From positions 96,001 to 160,000 of IMG/VR virus record IMGVR_UViG_3300028591_000076: a stretch of 64,000 nucleotides of DNA; one strand, written 5' to 3'. Below, in pieces: positions 20,101 to 30,730 of this stretch. Within the stretch, counting starts at the first letter, position 1. Every line of letters starts with the position of its first letter. The DNA is from a virus (lineage: Duplodnaviria; Caudoviricetes). A program made the translations under genes and the position numbers. A model generated the notes under the pieces. It did not search any database and was not told the origin of the DNA. It worked only from the letters and a program-made list of their open reading frames with translations.

Positions 20101-23100
20101 TCTTGTCCGTCATCATTACCTTTATGTGTTTCATTTATTTCATAAGGATATGTTGAAGAATCTAATATTGATATATTATTATCAGAAGAACTTGCCTTAA
20201 TATCTTTATCAAAAGTTGCGCCTTCAATCTCTTTTTCTAATTCGTCTATTCTAGAAAATGAAGTTTGTGTTGAGTTATCATCTTTACCATTTAAGTCATT
20301 AAGTGGGTCAGCAGTACCATAAAGTTCTAATGACATTGCTCTGATTAAGCGGTTTAAACCAAGATGCGTAGCTTCTGGAGTTACTTCTGGAAAGTTAGGT
20401 AATTCAATTTTATCTCTATTACCTGGAATAGTTGTTGCGTCAGAACCAAATGTAGATGCTTCAACTTTTAATAAACGCTCTTGTGTTTCTTTTGCTGCCC
20501 TTAAAAGAAGGCCAACTGAAGAAATTATACTTTGAGTATTTTCAGCATTATCTGTAATTGCATTTAAGTAATTCTTTATTGACTTAAGCTCTTCATCAGT
20601 ATAATTAAATGTATTATCTTCTGTGTAGTGTTGAGTAGAGCCCCAATTTAAGTCTTCAGAATTGAAAATGTCTCTCTTATCTTCACCTGATAAGTTATCT
20701 CTAGCATCATTTACTCTTTCAATAATTATACCGATATATTTTTTATACCAAGATGGCTCATTTTTATAACGCCAGAATGCTAATGGCATTTCATATGCTG
20801 CTTGTAATGCTGAGCCAATATAATCATCTTGGGTATCATCTGCCATTAAGTTTGTTGTATAATTAAATCCGCCAGCGTTATTCAAGTCGCTAGATGTGAG
20901 ACTTTGTTTATCTTCACCATATACATTCTTATATGCTACCTTAGAACCAACGCCTATATTACCAGCTGTAATATTTATTGGTAGGCCATTTTCGTCAACA
21001 AATGATATAGATTTATTATCTTCGTCAGTTATACCAAAATTATATTTTGATATGATTTTTGCATTTCTACCTTTAATGCCCTTAATATCATCAAATGTAG
21101 AAATTTGAGAAGCTATTGTCTCAATATGAGATAATCCAGTATTTGTTTCATTTACCTTATACTGTTCTGATGAGTAGAATGGTATTTCAGTACCTATTAA
21201 GCTATCGTTTTGGTGAACTTCAATACCTTCACTAGAAGTAATATATCTTTGTCCTTTACCTTCACCAAGAGGATCATCACCATAATATCTATATGGAATA
21301 TAGGATGCTGTACTTTCATCAGTACTTGTGGTCTTATTTAGCTCACTGTTAATAACGTCATTTGACTTTAACTGTGTACTATTATGTGTAGCTAAATAAA
21401 GATTATTTAATTTAGAAGCATCAATATTACCACCGATACCAAAATTCATACCGTGTACTGTATTTGGACTAACAGCTTCATTTGGTTTAACAGCATTTTT
21501 ATTTTCGTGCTCTAATACCTGAGCTTTAGTAACTAATGCATTATCTGGCATTAAAGCAATAGGAATTACATTTCTTTGATTACCATGGTCATCTACACTA
21601 GCATTTATAATAAAGTTTTCAATAGTATATGTTTCCGTGCCAGTATTAACATCAGATGCCTCGTAAGTAATAAATTGATTTTTTGTTAAGCCTTCTGGAA
21701 GACCAATACCAAATCTAATCTTAGTATCACTCTTAATAGGTAATTCGTCTTTTGCAGCAATATTGACTGTCTTAGCTGGCTCATCTTCTTTACCAATAAG
21801 AATCTCGCCAATATCTTTTCTTGCTACAAGCTTTTTAACATTATATCTTGTTTCAATAGCGTCTAATACTGCAAGACCAGTTACTGCTTTAGTAGTGTAA
21901 GGATTATTATTTTCATCTAAAATCTTATTTTTTAGGTATGCAGAAATAACACCATTTAAGTCAAATTGTTGTTTAAGAGTTTCTCTTCTACTAACTACAA
22001 TTTTCCATGGTTTTCCTGCCATACTTGTTGGTACAACATTACTAGAAGTTTGGTAATAAATACCCATACCATCTTTTATGTCCGTACTTAAATAGTATGT
22101 TGAGTATATATTTACTGAGTTTGCAACTTCTTTCTCGATTTTCCATTCGAAACCATAAGTAGTTGTATTATTAAAGCTACTAAATCCACTTCTGATTTCT
22201 ACCCAATGATATAAGCCATCAGTACGTGATGTTTCGCCATATTCTGGGTCAATATATAAATGGATATCTAAATTCTCTAATGTTGGGTCTTCAATACCAT
22301 CAATTTTTGTACATAAATCACAAATAGCCGATATATCAAATCTATCATCTATTACATAGTCTTTTTCTGCTGCGCTAACACCCTTTGGATTATGTACAGA
22401 ATATTTTGCAATCTGAGGATATGATATTCCTGGTAATTTACCATTTATCTGAATTTCGTTATTATCACCAGCATCAAAGAAATTACCAAATTTTCTTATA
22501 TATGGAATTCTAGGCGTAGACTCATAAATACCAGAATCTGCAGCTTTAATCTGCATTATATTATATTCTGAATATTCTGTTGATGATGTACATTTTGGAA
22601 TTATAAAGTGGTCTTCTTCCTCATATATAGGATTACCTTCATCATCTTCACCAATTTTATATTTTCCAATATTTAATTTACTTTCTGGAAACCAAGCCTT
22701 TAGTCTTGTTAATAATTTTTCATAACTGGCAACAGCATAACGAGTCTCACCATCCATAAGTAAGAACCCATATTCTGCTGCTGGACTTTCGCCACAATAA
22801 GGAGCAGGCTTCATATATCCTACTGGTAAATCACCAGTATCGTCTCTACGTCTTGCATTATCACAATGGATTAAGAGCTTATTTGAGTCTTGTACATCTA
22901 ATACTTTTACAATTGTATCATAAGCTTCTAATGGCATGTCTATTACACGGCCATTTCTACCTAAGAAGTATTCTTTTCCTAACTCTTGATATTCATTGGT
23001 TTTATGAGTGAATAAACCATCATGCATGAATAAACAAATAGTTCCCTTAGGCACTACTTCATCAAGTTTATTATTGTACCATACACCTATAATATTTTGT

Positions 23101-24410
23101 CTTGATCTTAATCTACAATCTGCTGTTACAACAGTTCCTTTATTGTAAGAAGAACCATTATGGAAAGTAACGCTATCTTCAAAGAGTGGCTCAGCAGAAT
23201 TAGATATATACATATAGTAATATCCACCTGGCTCAGAAGACTCAATATCAAAACATAAAACGCCTTCTGAAACATTTGAATTATCCACTGATACATTTAA
23301 GTTTACACCTGTAAGGTCCATCCATGCAGTCTTAAATGCATTTTCTAAACTTGCTTTTGAAAGATTTAATACGTCAGCATCTAAAGTATTCCTTAGATCA
23401 GCCTTAACAATTTTTATTGCATGTTCAGCTTCGTCTTCTGCTAGGTTTTTATTAAGCGCATCATTATATAATTTTGCAATAGCTAGGAAAGCCGCATCTT
23501 CTTGAACCATAGAATTCTGAACTTCAGCAATACTAAATTCATCGCTAAATGTTACAAGAACGGTTTCTCCATCCATTTTTTGGAAACCAATAAAAGATGT
23601 TTTTGGATTATAATTATAATTTGGATGAACAGCAAAAATGATTTTGCTCTTAAATGCAACGTCTTCTTCAGAGCCTAATGCAAATACACGACAAGGGTCA
23701 GATGATGGTACTAAAACGTCTTCACCTAAAACGCCCTCTAAAATAGTATTATCAATAGGACCTCTATCATCACCCTGTATAGCTATTTCAATTTTTGTTT
23801 CAACTTGGTCAGAATTTTTAACTGGGGCGTCAGTTAAATATCCAAGGAGAATAAAATTATTATAAGTCTTATAAATATTTGACTCATTAACTGTTAATGA
23901 ACCTGGCTCTACACCATCAAATTCAGCATTTGCAACGTAGACTTTTTTACCTACATCTTTATAAGTAAATCCAGGATCATAAACTAATCCATTTTCTATT
24001 TCTTCACTATCAAGGTCTTTATTATAAGTAAAACTACCAAAACCTTGAACATGTATTAATTTTTTACCTAATTCTTCTTCTGTAACTGGCTCATGTGCTA
24101 AACCAATACATCTTGTATGTTTTGACGTATCAGTAGGAACTATATATGAGTAAGGGTCATCATTTAAGAAATAATTTTCATTATTAAAATATTTAAGACC
24201 AGCTTCTTTTAAGTCTGCCTCAGTAGCAACTGAAACTGCAAAACCTCTTTTTATAGGAAGAGCTGCTCTATATGAGCTTAAAGGCTGAGACCACTGGATA
24301 AATTCATCTTTATCCGCATATCTAAGTTGATTATTTCTATCATCAATGAAAGTTAAGCCTTCTTTCATTCTTTTTGTTAAATCTTCTGAGTTATTTAATA
24401 CGTCTGACAT
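17160..24410 (-). CDS. Giant tail fibre-like protein (tail collar-like and S74 chaperone-like segments, coiled coils)
   Basis: LPVGYMKP...GFLLMDG...YEKL collar-like motif; WRYK...YIGIIIERV...GLLLRAAKETQERL S74-like motif; repeated RxxxLE heptads. Confidence 0.65.
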   Translation of the reverse strand: MSDVLNNSEDLTKRMKEGLTFIDDRNNQLRYADKDEFIQWSQPLSSYRAALPIKRGFAVSVATEADLKEAGLKYFNNENYFLNDDPYSYIVPTDTSKHTRCIGLAHEPVTEEELGKKLIHVQGFGSFTYNKDLDSEEIENGLVYDPGFTYKDVGKKVYVANAEFDGVEPGSLTVNESNIYKTYNNFILLGYLTDAPVKNSDQVETKIEIAIQGDDRGPIDNTILEGVLGEDVLVPSSDPCRVFALGSEEDVAFKSKIIFAVHPNYNYNPKTSFIGFQKMDGETVLVTFSDEFSIAEVQNSMVQEDAAFLAIAKLYNDALNKNLAEDEAEHAIKIVKADLRNTLDADVLNLSKASLENAFKTAWMDLTGVNLNVSVDNSNVSEGVLCFDIESSEPGGYYYMYISNSAEPLFEDSVTFHNGSSYNKGTVVTADCRLRSRQNIIGVWYNNKLDEVVPKGTICLFMHDGLFTHKTNEYQELGKEYFLGRNGRVIDMPLEAYDTIVKVLDVQDSNKLLIHCDNARRRDDTGDLPVGYMKPAPYCGESPAAEYGFLLMDGETRYAVASYEKLLTRLKAWFPESKLNIGKYKIGEDDEGNPIYEEEDHFIIPKCTSSTEYSEYNIMQIKAADSGIYESTPRIPYIRKFGNFFDAGDNNEIQINGKLPGISYPQIAKYSVHNPKGVSAAEKDYVIDDRFDISAICDLCTKIDGIEDPTLENLDIHLYIDPEYGETSRTDGLYHWVEIRSGFSSFNNTTTYGFEWKIEKEVANSVNIYSTYYLSTDIKDGMGIYYQTSSNVVPTSMAGKPWKIVVSRRETLKQQFDLNGVISAYLKNKILDENNNPYTTKAVTGLAVLDAIETRYNVKKLVARKDIGEILIGKEDEPAKTVNIAAKDELPIKSDTKIRFGIGLPEGLTKNQFITYEASDVNTGTETYTIENFIINASVDDHGNQRNVIPIALMPDNALVTKAQVLEHENKNAVKPNEAVSPNTVHGMNFGIGGNIDASKLNNLYLATHNSTQLKSNDVINSELNKTTSTDESTASYIPYRYYGDDPLGEGKGQRYITSSEGIEVHQNDSLIGTEIPFYSSEQYKVNETNTGLSHIETIASQISTFDDIKGIKGRNAKIISKYNFGITDEDNKSISFVDENGLPINITAGNIGVGSKVAYKNVYGEDKQSLTSSDLNNAGGFNYTTNLMADDTQDDYIGSALQAAYEMPLAFWRYKNEPSWYKKYIGIIIERVNDARDNLSGEDKRDIFNSEDLNWGSTQHYTEDNTFNYTDEELKSIKNYLNAITDNAENTQSIISSVGLLLRAAKETQERLLKVEASTFGSDATTIPGNRDKIELPNFPEVTPEATHLGLNRLIRAMSLELYGTADPLNDLNGKDDNSTQTSFSRIDELEKEIEGATFDKDIKASSSDNNISILDSSTYPYEINETHKGNDDGQENNIDPTIYDPITGRAKKDAEEETADLHSNWSKVDLEKNQTFEKDGDTFKSNTENNLVPENERYEFNGLIDALARICTKVNALTYTVNGTDNIDSTPRRLNTIRANIGTLIREAYFDGEPTTNVENGVATTQNEIESERYKDLDIAEGVEQSSKPYEQKSTYTGLSRFDQLSRDLYNYILTTRHDEHNYTLNGENITEDGKTSKVDSPIQYREGDVNQVLLGRKFNGKNLLISGIGKPIHEEGKTEYDRTGEITSEDTLVNNVNGSAIQNKNVSVQINVPDSIEEYNYASIIDVLIDAIGPAYFRQIYDNTDTVLSEQTLRDTRTITTRLEKIESELDNVVRKLCQKSAFETDTNKSLNDDTISTDYSDDAQNPNKKNKTYSIEEFIFVLNKWLGLSVFGKDNNAWDVQRSAELAAGYDDSLPVTYIVNTSNDTENVYIRNADTGEYELVEDASSLAPDIITYKQIPNNNYYLDTANPIVNANYVIKQLLKRLRETEHYDDAVRKILGKDYATDNALDNYDELRINADGTQNFDNIRKNYTLTDDVKDLLLTIYGTDSGIAGSSENSAGTIQTNYQHRSNISTAGYLGSKEWTNESKLTKKLYTTLSPKVGDKVYTEDALKVVFGTVAEIKGNVIVVNYNDGTSDTTAEYTLSKTTSEVNDNANTRFSGNGDTRNIIDDIVHEMYYVPQPVNYGDKALSDETVEQSKETVNDSINVNYATGNGKNHIYYDIDSGRYNYDYENQSHENTKNEGRTGHAIGYNNRNTLFNDFLGNENAYRKSRFEVLEDEIRHLRSLLGLDKIIDERTNDKISDSVASETKYGGKFLITGEGELAGHKFSANATRNGNLYTDNEASAKSPYGHSGTPNQDINLLTLIFNLDNAIKDISRELGTETNYHGYKTSKVTIDGEEKSLNYNNFEQLNLPREMSIYDRLNALEDITGSLLGLQNRATASGDGESDNEDDDTTSDVDFGRIDIQWIEE

Positions 24411-24431
24411 TTATAAAATCCTATTAAATAA

Positions 24432-26999
24432 TTAGTATTTTACATGAATAATTGGAATTCTTACATGGTCGAATATATATCGCCAAGTACCATCTGCAGC
24501 CATGTAAACATCAGATGAAGAATATTTATTTTGATCTCTATTTATAGCTTCCGCATCACCATATGTACTATCTGTGGCTTTACTATATGGAGTACCCTCA
24601 AATTCTGCACCAGTACCCGACTCAGGAGTACCAGTACCAAATTGGTTAAACCATGTATTTGGATTTGCAACATTAAAGTTATAATTTCTATGGAACTGAT
24701 AAAGAGAACCAGCCTGTGCATTATCTCTAGTATTCTTTTCTATTCTACCACCAGAAGGTAAGTCGGGATATTCTTCATCCTCATTTAGGTCCTTAGAAGA
24801 AATAAATTTTATAAAGTTATTATTTTTATCAAAAACAGCATAATTATCATCTGAAGTTACTAATCCCAGTTTACCAGTAACACCAAAGTTTTCTTTTATA
24901 AATCTTGCTAAAGTAATAATATTAAATTTATTACCTTTTACAAATGCTTCTAATTCTCTTAAAGAATATGGTACACGTCTTGGCGCCCATAATTCAGCTA
25001 CAGCCGCTGTTACTAGCTGTCCATCAGCAATAGTATTATTATTCGTACGTCCAGAATCTTTAGAATCCCAGGCAGTGAAATTAAATACTGATCTTTCTTT
25101 TGTTTCTGTATTATCAAAAGTAGTAATATCTTCTGATAACTTCTTAATTGCGCCAAATAATGTATAAGCAATAGCATCATTGCTATTTACAACTTTCGTT
25201 ATGTCAATAGTTTGATTATTACTTTCATCTATACCAGTTTCTATACCAATGATATCACCATAAATATTATGAACGCCATTTTTATAGTCTAATGTATATT
25301 CCGTTTCTGGAACACTATTTAAGCGAGTATCTTCATCATTCTGTCTCTTTTGCTTTTCATTTGTACCAATAGGTATAGCATTATCTTCATCTGCAACTGA
25401 GTCTTTACGGTATTGAGTTGCGTTATTTGCATCAAGGAATACGTCCGATTTACGTCCAGATGTAAGCTCTTTTAAGTATACCCATAGTTCATCAATAGTT
25501 GGAGATAAGATACGTCCATCCATGAACAAGTTACCGGTAGATGGAACAATAGTTGGTAAGTGTCTTAAATTTTTTTCAGCAGAGTCCGCAGATAATTGAT
25601 ATTCTGTAGAGTCTTTTTTAGACTCAGGGTCCCAATAGCCTGGCTGTGTGATATGACTATCACCAGTTCTTGTTTCAGAAGCCATTAGAATTCCACCAAT
25701 TACAGAGTCATCTTCATCACCTTTCTCTATTATGCTATTTATTTCAGTATCTGAAAGTGAAGATAAGTTTTTACCTTTATCTAGACCAGCAAGTTTTCTT
25801 GTAAGTATATCAACGGAAGGACTTGCAACGGGTACATAAGGTAATGATGATATATCTTTTACTGAGCCATCCGTATCAAGGTCATATCTATTAAAATCTG
25901 AAGTAGCACTTAATACAATATTTCTATGTTTAACGTCTGCTTCTTGGTTTAAGTCTTGATTGAAAACATTTGGCATGATATAATCACCAAATATTGGCGA
26001 TTTAATCCAAATAAATGTATGCTCAAGAATTTGTCTCCAAAGGCTATCCCTAGAAATAGCAGAAGAAAAACTATAATTCTTATTATCTATTATACTTGGT
26101 AATGTACTAAATACAAATTGAACAATATCAGTTCCAAAGTTAGGCGCAGTTTTATTATATCCAGTTTGCTCAGTATTTATCCAGAACTTACCATCTGTAA
26201 TAACCTTAAAGAAACCTGTAGAATTAGATCTCGAATATGTTATTTGGTCCTGAAGCGATTTCAATACTAAACCCGCGGTCCAAGTATTATCATAGTTAAA
26301 TAAAATTCTATTAAAAGCACTATATTCTGGCGTTGTACTTAATGTACCACGGAATCCAGTATCTTCTGATAACAAATAAATTGGATATACAAGCGCATCT
26401 TCATTATTTGTTAAAATCCTATCAACATAAGGAGGTACATATCTACCACTCGGAATATAATCAGTATTAAAATCACCAGCAGCTTCTGTTACGTAAAGGC
26501 CACGTTGTACGAATAGTACATCACTAGATGGCTCTAAAACTGACTTTTTATCATGTAATATAATCCTATTATTTTGAAAAATGCTCACATCAGCTTTATC
26601 AGATAAGTCATTATCAAATAATAATTTTATTACATCTTCTGTTGTTAGCGACTTACTGAGCGTACGATCAGCTATAATTTCTTTACACTTAGCACGACTG
26701 TCATATTGAGCGATGGATGCGTCTATACCAAATACATTATATAAACCGGTAGCTTCATAGTTTTTATTATTAATTGTTACAGCGGCAGTATCTTGGTATA
26801 TAGAACCACCACCACGATATAGAATGCTATTATAACAAATAATATTATGTTTTAATGAAAGACCACTTCTTTCTTTTGCACGTAAAATACCATCATTAGT
26901 ATATAACAAATCCCATAAAGAATGTAAAGATAATTCGGATTTTGTAGGAATGGTCTCAAGCGTTGCTTTCCATGAATTTTGTAGTGTTGATGTAGCCAT
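24432..26999 (-). CDS. Probable virion (tail/baseplate-associated) protein
   Basis: First gene of the 14-kb operon with the fibre; SD AGGAG; ACTAATT upstream. Confidence 0.5.
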   Translation of the reverse strand: MATSTLQNSWKATLETIPTKSELSLHSLWDLLYTNDGILRAKERSGLSLKHNIICYNSILYRGGGSIYQDTAAVTINNKNYEATGLYNVFGIDASIAQYDSRAKCKEIIADRTLSKSLTTEDVIKLLFDNDLSDKADVSIFQNNRIILHDKKSVLEPSSDVLFVQRGLYVTEAAGDFNTDYIPSGRYVPPYVDRILTNNEDALVYPIYLLSEDTGFRGTLSTTPEYSAFNRILFNYDNTWTAGLVLKSLQDQITYSRSNSTGFFKVITDGKFWINTEQTGYNKTAPNFGTDIVQFVFSTLPSIIDNKNYSFSSAISRDSLWRQILEHTFIWIKSPIFGDYIMPNVFNQDLNQEADVKHRNIVLSATSDFNRYDLDTDGSVKDISSLPYVPVASPSVDILTRKLAGLDKGKNLSSLSDTEINSIIEKGDEDDSVIGGILMASETRTGDSHITQPGYWDPESKKDSTEYQLSADSAEKNLRHLPTIVPSTGNLFMDGRILSPTIDELWVYLKELTSGRKSDVFLDANNATQYRKDSVADEDNAIPIGTNEKQKRQNDEDTRLNSVPETEYTLDYKNGVHNIYGDIIGIETGIDESNNQTIDITKVVNSNDAIAYTLFGAIKKLSEDITTFDNTETKERSVFNFTAWDSKDSGRTNNNTIADGQLVTAAVAELWAPRRVPYSLRELEAFVKGNKFNIITLARFIKENFGVTGKLGLVTSDDNYAVFDKNNNFIKFISSKDLNEDEEYPDLPSGGRIEKNTRDNAQAGSLYQFHRNYNFNVANPNTWFNQFGTGTPESGTGAEFEGTPYSKATDSTYGDAEAINRDQNKYSSSDVYMAADGTWRYIFDHVRIPIIHVKY

Positions 27000-27071
27000 T
27001 AAATAATATAACTCCTGTAATTTATATTTTAATTAGTGAGTAGTACTATTTAATTTAATTTTTTAAAAAAG

Positions 27072-27096
27072 AAAAGGCCCTAAATTTAGGGCCCTT
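27072..27096 (-). terminator. Intrinsic terminator
   Basis: Perfect palindrome GGCCCTAAATTTAGGGCC with minus-strand U tract. Confidence 0.75.
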
Positions 27097-27100
27097 ATAT

Positions 27101-27469
27101 TTATTCGATTTCATTAAGAACTGGCTTAATATATTTATCTTCCAAATATTCAGATAATAAGTTATATTGATTTTGTACTGCATTAGTATAAAGCGTTTTA
27201 AAATTATCTGAAACTGCAACTAAGGGGTCTAAGTCTAGGGTTTCTTTTCCATTTTCATCCTTTATTAAACCCTTATTTCTTAATAAAATATGTCCAAAAT
27301 ATGGGATATTTATATGTTGAGCTTTATCTGGATTTTCAGCAACTCTTAGTAATATTGTAAAAATTGTAAATTCCCATACTTCCCGTACAATTTCACTTTT
27401 AACGCCCATCGTAGCAGATATTTCTTGAAGCATCTGCTTTGTATCAGCGTCCATATCAAAATTTTTCAT
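27101..27469 (-). CDS. HU/IHF-like DNA-binding protein
   Basis: Two N-terminal helices then INIPYFGHI (cf. HU VxLxGFGxF); size fits. Confidence 0.55.
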   Translation of the reverse strand: MKNFDMDADTKQMLQEISATMGVKSEIVREVWEFTIFTILLRVAENPDKAQHINIPYFGHILLRNKGLIKDENGKETLDLDPLVAVSDNFKTLYTNAVQNQYNLLSEYLEDKYIKPVLNEIE

Positions 27470-27485
27470 GTATATACACCTTCAA

Positions 27486-28688
27486 CTAGTTTTCAGAAAT
27501 ATAATTCTTAATTATATCTTTATCTATAGTAGCATAATACATGTTTCCTTTGTATACTAAAAGAGGTACATTATTATAAGTCATAGCTGTAAGTCTGCTC
27601 ATTACAGTATTTAAGGTCACTCTATCCATATTAATCCTATCCGCGCTGAGTAAAGGATTATTTAATGGGTATTCATTATTGTTATTTAATGTTACATTAT
27701 TAAATAATTCATCAATAAGCAATAAAACTTTATCCATTATTTCTTTAGATGTACGCCCAAAATTATATGGTATAGTATTTTCTGTTATCTCGGAAACCCT
27801 CTTAACGGGTCTTAAATTCGCAGCAGCAGAATCTTCTGGAACAGGGATAGTTGAGTCTATAAAGTCATCCAAGCTTGTTCTCTTTACTTCTTTAACAGCT
27901 ACTTCTTCTTTCTTGGTTGCATCAAGCTTTTCTTTTAAGATATTTAAGTCTTTTTTTAGCTCTACATTATCTTTTGTAAGTCCTGTTATACTTACCTCTT
28001 GAAGCTTAATTTTATTATTTAATTCTAGCTTTTCAGCTTCTAATTTAGCCAGCTCAATTTCTTGCTTCTCAATAACGTCTTCCACAAGATGTTTAATAGT
28101 TTTATAAGTCTTTTCTTTTAAGTTTAAATATTTTTCTTTTTCAGCATTAACACTACTTAAAAGCTCATCATATTCTTCAGACTTACTAAGTAAATCATCT
28201 TTTAATGATGCAATATTATTTTCAGATGTTACTTGTAAATCCTCATACTTATTTAGAAGCTCTTTATAAACAGCGCTATCATTATTTAATATTTCTTTTA
28301 TACTGTCCTTTGAAGGTGTATTTGTAAGTTCTTCTTCTTTTGCTTTTAAGGAGTCTTTTAACTTAATAATTTCATTTTTTAATGACGTAATATCAGTTTC
28401 ATATTTTTGTGCAGAACTATTAAGTTCTGATATTATATTTTCTTTATTAGAAAGAACTTCTTTTAAGCTATCATATTCATCTTTTAATTTATTAAAGTCA
28501 TCATTTAAGGTTTCGCTTTTAGAATTGGCGTCATTATAGCTAGACTGTAATTCTTCAAGCGACTTTTTAAGTTCATCTCTTTCCTTGTTAACTAATTCCG
28601 TCTCAGTCTTAAAACGAGTTTTTTCTTCTAAATACTTTTTATGGGTTAATTCTACTCTTTCAATAAGATTATCTATATTCAAAGCCAC
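27486..28688 (-). CDS. Long coiled-coil protein with small C-terminal globular domain
   Basis: About 270 aa of K/E/L heptads. Confidence 0.6.
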   Translation of the reverse strand: MALNIDNLIERVELTHKKYLEEKTRFKTETELVNKERDELKKSLEELQSSYNDANSKSETLNDDFNKLKDEYDSLKEVLSNKENIISELNSSAQKYETDITSLKNEIIKLKDSLKAKEEELTNTPSKDSIKEILNNDSAVYKELLNKYEDLQVTSENNIASLKDDLLSKSEEYDELLSSVNAEKEKYLNLKEKTYKTIKHLVEDVIEKQEIELAKLEAEKLELNNKIKLQEVSITGLTKDNVELKKDLNILKEKLDATKKEEVAVKEVKRTSLDDFIDSTIPVPEDSAAANLRPVKRVSEITENTIPYNFGRTSKEIMDKVLLLIDELFNNVTLNNNNEYPLNNPLLSADRINMDRVTLNTVMSRLTAMTYNNVPLLVYKGNMYYATIDKDIIKNYISEN

Positions 28689-28691
28689 TTT

Positions 28692-30659
28692 TTAGCTCCT
28701 TAAATCGTCTTCAAAGCTATTTAATACTTCATTAAGTCTTTCCAACTTAGATTCACTATCATCTTTTACCGCTCTAGTAGCAATAGTATCAGATTTTACT
28801 ATGGTATTATCAGAATTATTATTTTGTAAAGTATGAGCGATTTCTACTGTGCCAGGGTCCATACTCATTTCTTTTGGTACCTTTTCTAAATTAATAGTAG
28901 GCTCAGCATTATCTACATCTGGCTGTTCTACTTCAGTAATTGCTGGTGTTGTATCTTTACTAGTATAAATAACATCACTCTGAATTTTCTGTAATTGGGA
29001 CTTTTCAAACTCTTCAATCTTTTTATTTAGGTTTTCAATAATTTTATCTTTTGATTTATTATTAAGTTCTAAAACATCTATTTTGTTTTTATTATCATTT
29101 ATAGATTCTGTATATTGCTTTTTTAATTCGTCGAATGATGCCTTTTCAGCTTTATTCTTTTTAGAATATCTTGCAATAACATCATCAACATCATCTTCCA
29201 TAAGCTCAACGCACTTACGTGCTTTTGCTTCAAAATCTTTCTGGTTAATAATACCTTTCTTAAGATAATCTTTATAAGTTTTTAACAAAAATAAGTCAAT
29301 ATTAAAATTTTCACCAAAGTAAGCATCAAATCTCGAAAGCATCTTACGATCAATAGTTGATTTAGGTGTAAAAAGCGCAATTAAAAATTCCTGTACAATA
29401 CCAAAAATCATAATAAGTATCATCATCATGATTTCAGTAGTTCCAAAAGAAGATACGCTTACTTTTTGACTATAAGCCTCAGAAATATCTGTTGCCTTTG
29501 TCTTCTTCATACTTTCTAATGTTGGACCAATAAGCATAAACATCTTTGCTGACTCTCCAACATCGCCAGTATCATTTTCATAGGCCGCTTTAATATCACT
29601 TAATAAATTTATAGAGCCAGAAATATTATTTGGATCAAAAACAACAGGCTCATCTGAACCTGGCATATAATATCTGCCCTCTAAGTTCTTAATTTCTTGA
29701 ACAGCTTTATCTTTAGTTTTATCTGCGAGTTCAGTTAACTCTGATAATGAATTATTTTTTACAGACTCTTCAATTTCAGTCTTAATTCTTGTTGCTAAAA
29801 CTGCTTCACTGGTTATATTACGAATTTGATTTATACTTAAAGTATACCCCTTAGCTTTGACATTACTTACAACTAATGAGTTCTGCTTATCCCAATATTC
29901 ATCTGGTATAATTGTTTGTCCTCTGAAAGTAACTTCTTCTTTAGAACCAAAATTATTTCCAAACTCTGCCTCAAATTCAGACCTCTCAATACGATAAGCT
30001 TCAATAATAGGCCAGATTTCAGCAGCTGTAGTAGCGGCTCTAGTACCAGCAGTACTTGATGCAGCTGTACCATCAACTAATGCCTTAAATTGAACATCAT
30101 CTGATGTATCTGTTGTATTATAATATTTTGTTATTTTTTGGATATCCTCATTAGCTCTTTTAATAACATTCTGATTTTTACGAATAGCGTCGCCAATAGA
30201 AACTACTGATAATGAAATAGATGTAATAAGGGAAACTGTTATTAAAAACTTATGTGCAATATGCCATTTAAGCTTAAGCTTATTAAGATTTTTATACCAA
30301 GCATATTTATCATTTTTTAATCTAGTCTGTAATTCATTTATTGCACCAAGCTGCATAGCACACCAGAACTTAGCTGATGTGAAACCTAATGACATTATAG
30401 AAAATAAAACACCTGCTGCAACTTTTACCGTAGCTACAGTATACCAAGATTTAGATAATCCGCTAAAGAAAACTAAATCAATAAATCCTGATACTATAGA
30501 TAGCGCAATACAAGTTATTAAAATTCCACTTATCAATACATTTGTCGTATTTAATGTTGGCTTAATTTTTTCACCTTTTTTAGGCCATGTAATTGAAAAA
30601 GGTATTGCTATCTTTTTTGGCATTTTAGTAGCATTATTAGTATTATTATTTTTAGACAT
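28692..30659 (-). CDS. Multi-pass membrane protein with coiled-coil regions
   Basis: Three N-terminal TM segments, a fourth at IMMMILIMIFGIV, coiled-coil C-terminus. Confidence 0.65.
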   Translation of the reverse strand: MSKNNNTNNATKMPKKIAIPFSITWPKKGEKIKPTLNTTNVLISGILITCIALSIVSGFIDLVFFSGLSKSWYTVATVKVAAGVLFSIMSLGFTSAKFWCAMQLGAINELQTRLKNDKYAWYKNLNKLKLKWHIAHKFLITVSLITSISLSVVSIGDAIRKNQNVIKRANEDIQKITKYYNTTDTSDDVQFKALVDGTAASSTAGTRAATTAAEIWPIIEAYRIERSEFEAEFGNNFGSKEEVTFRGQTIIPDEYWDKQNSLVVSNVKAKGYTLSINQIRNITSEAVLATRIKTEIEESVKNNSLSELTELADKTKDKAVQEIKNLEGRYYMPGSDEPVVFDPNNISGSINLLSDIKAAYENDTGDVGESAKMFMLIGPTLESMKKTKATDISEAYSQKVSVSSFGTTEIMMMILIMIFGIVQEFLIALFTPKSTIDRKMLSRFDAYFGENFNIDLFLLKTYKDYLKKGIINQKDFEAKARKCVELMEDDVDDVIARYSKKNKAEKASFDELKKQYTESINDNKNKIDVLELNNKSKDKIIENLNKKIEEFEKSQLQKIQSDVIYTSKDTTPAITEVEQPDVDNAEPTINLEKVPKEMSMDPGTVEIAHTLQNNNSDNTIVKSDTIATRAVKDDSESKLERLNEVLNSFEDDLRS

Positions 30660-30730
30660 TTTACTTATATATCCTTTATATACATATTTTAAATTAACAG
30701 GAATTAGTATGTAATATTTGCTAATAGAAA

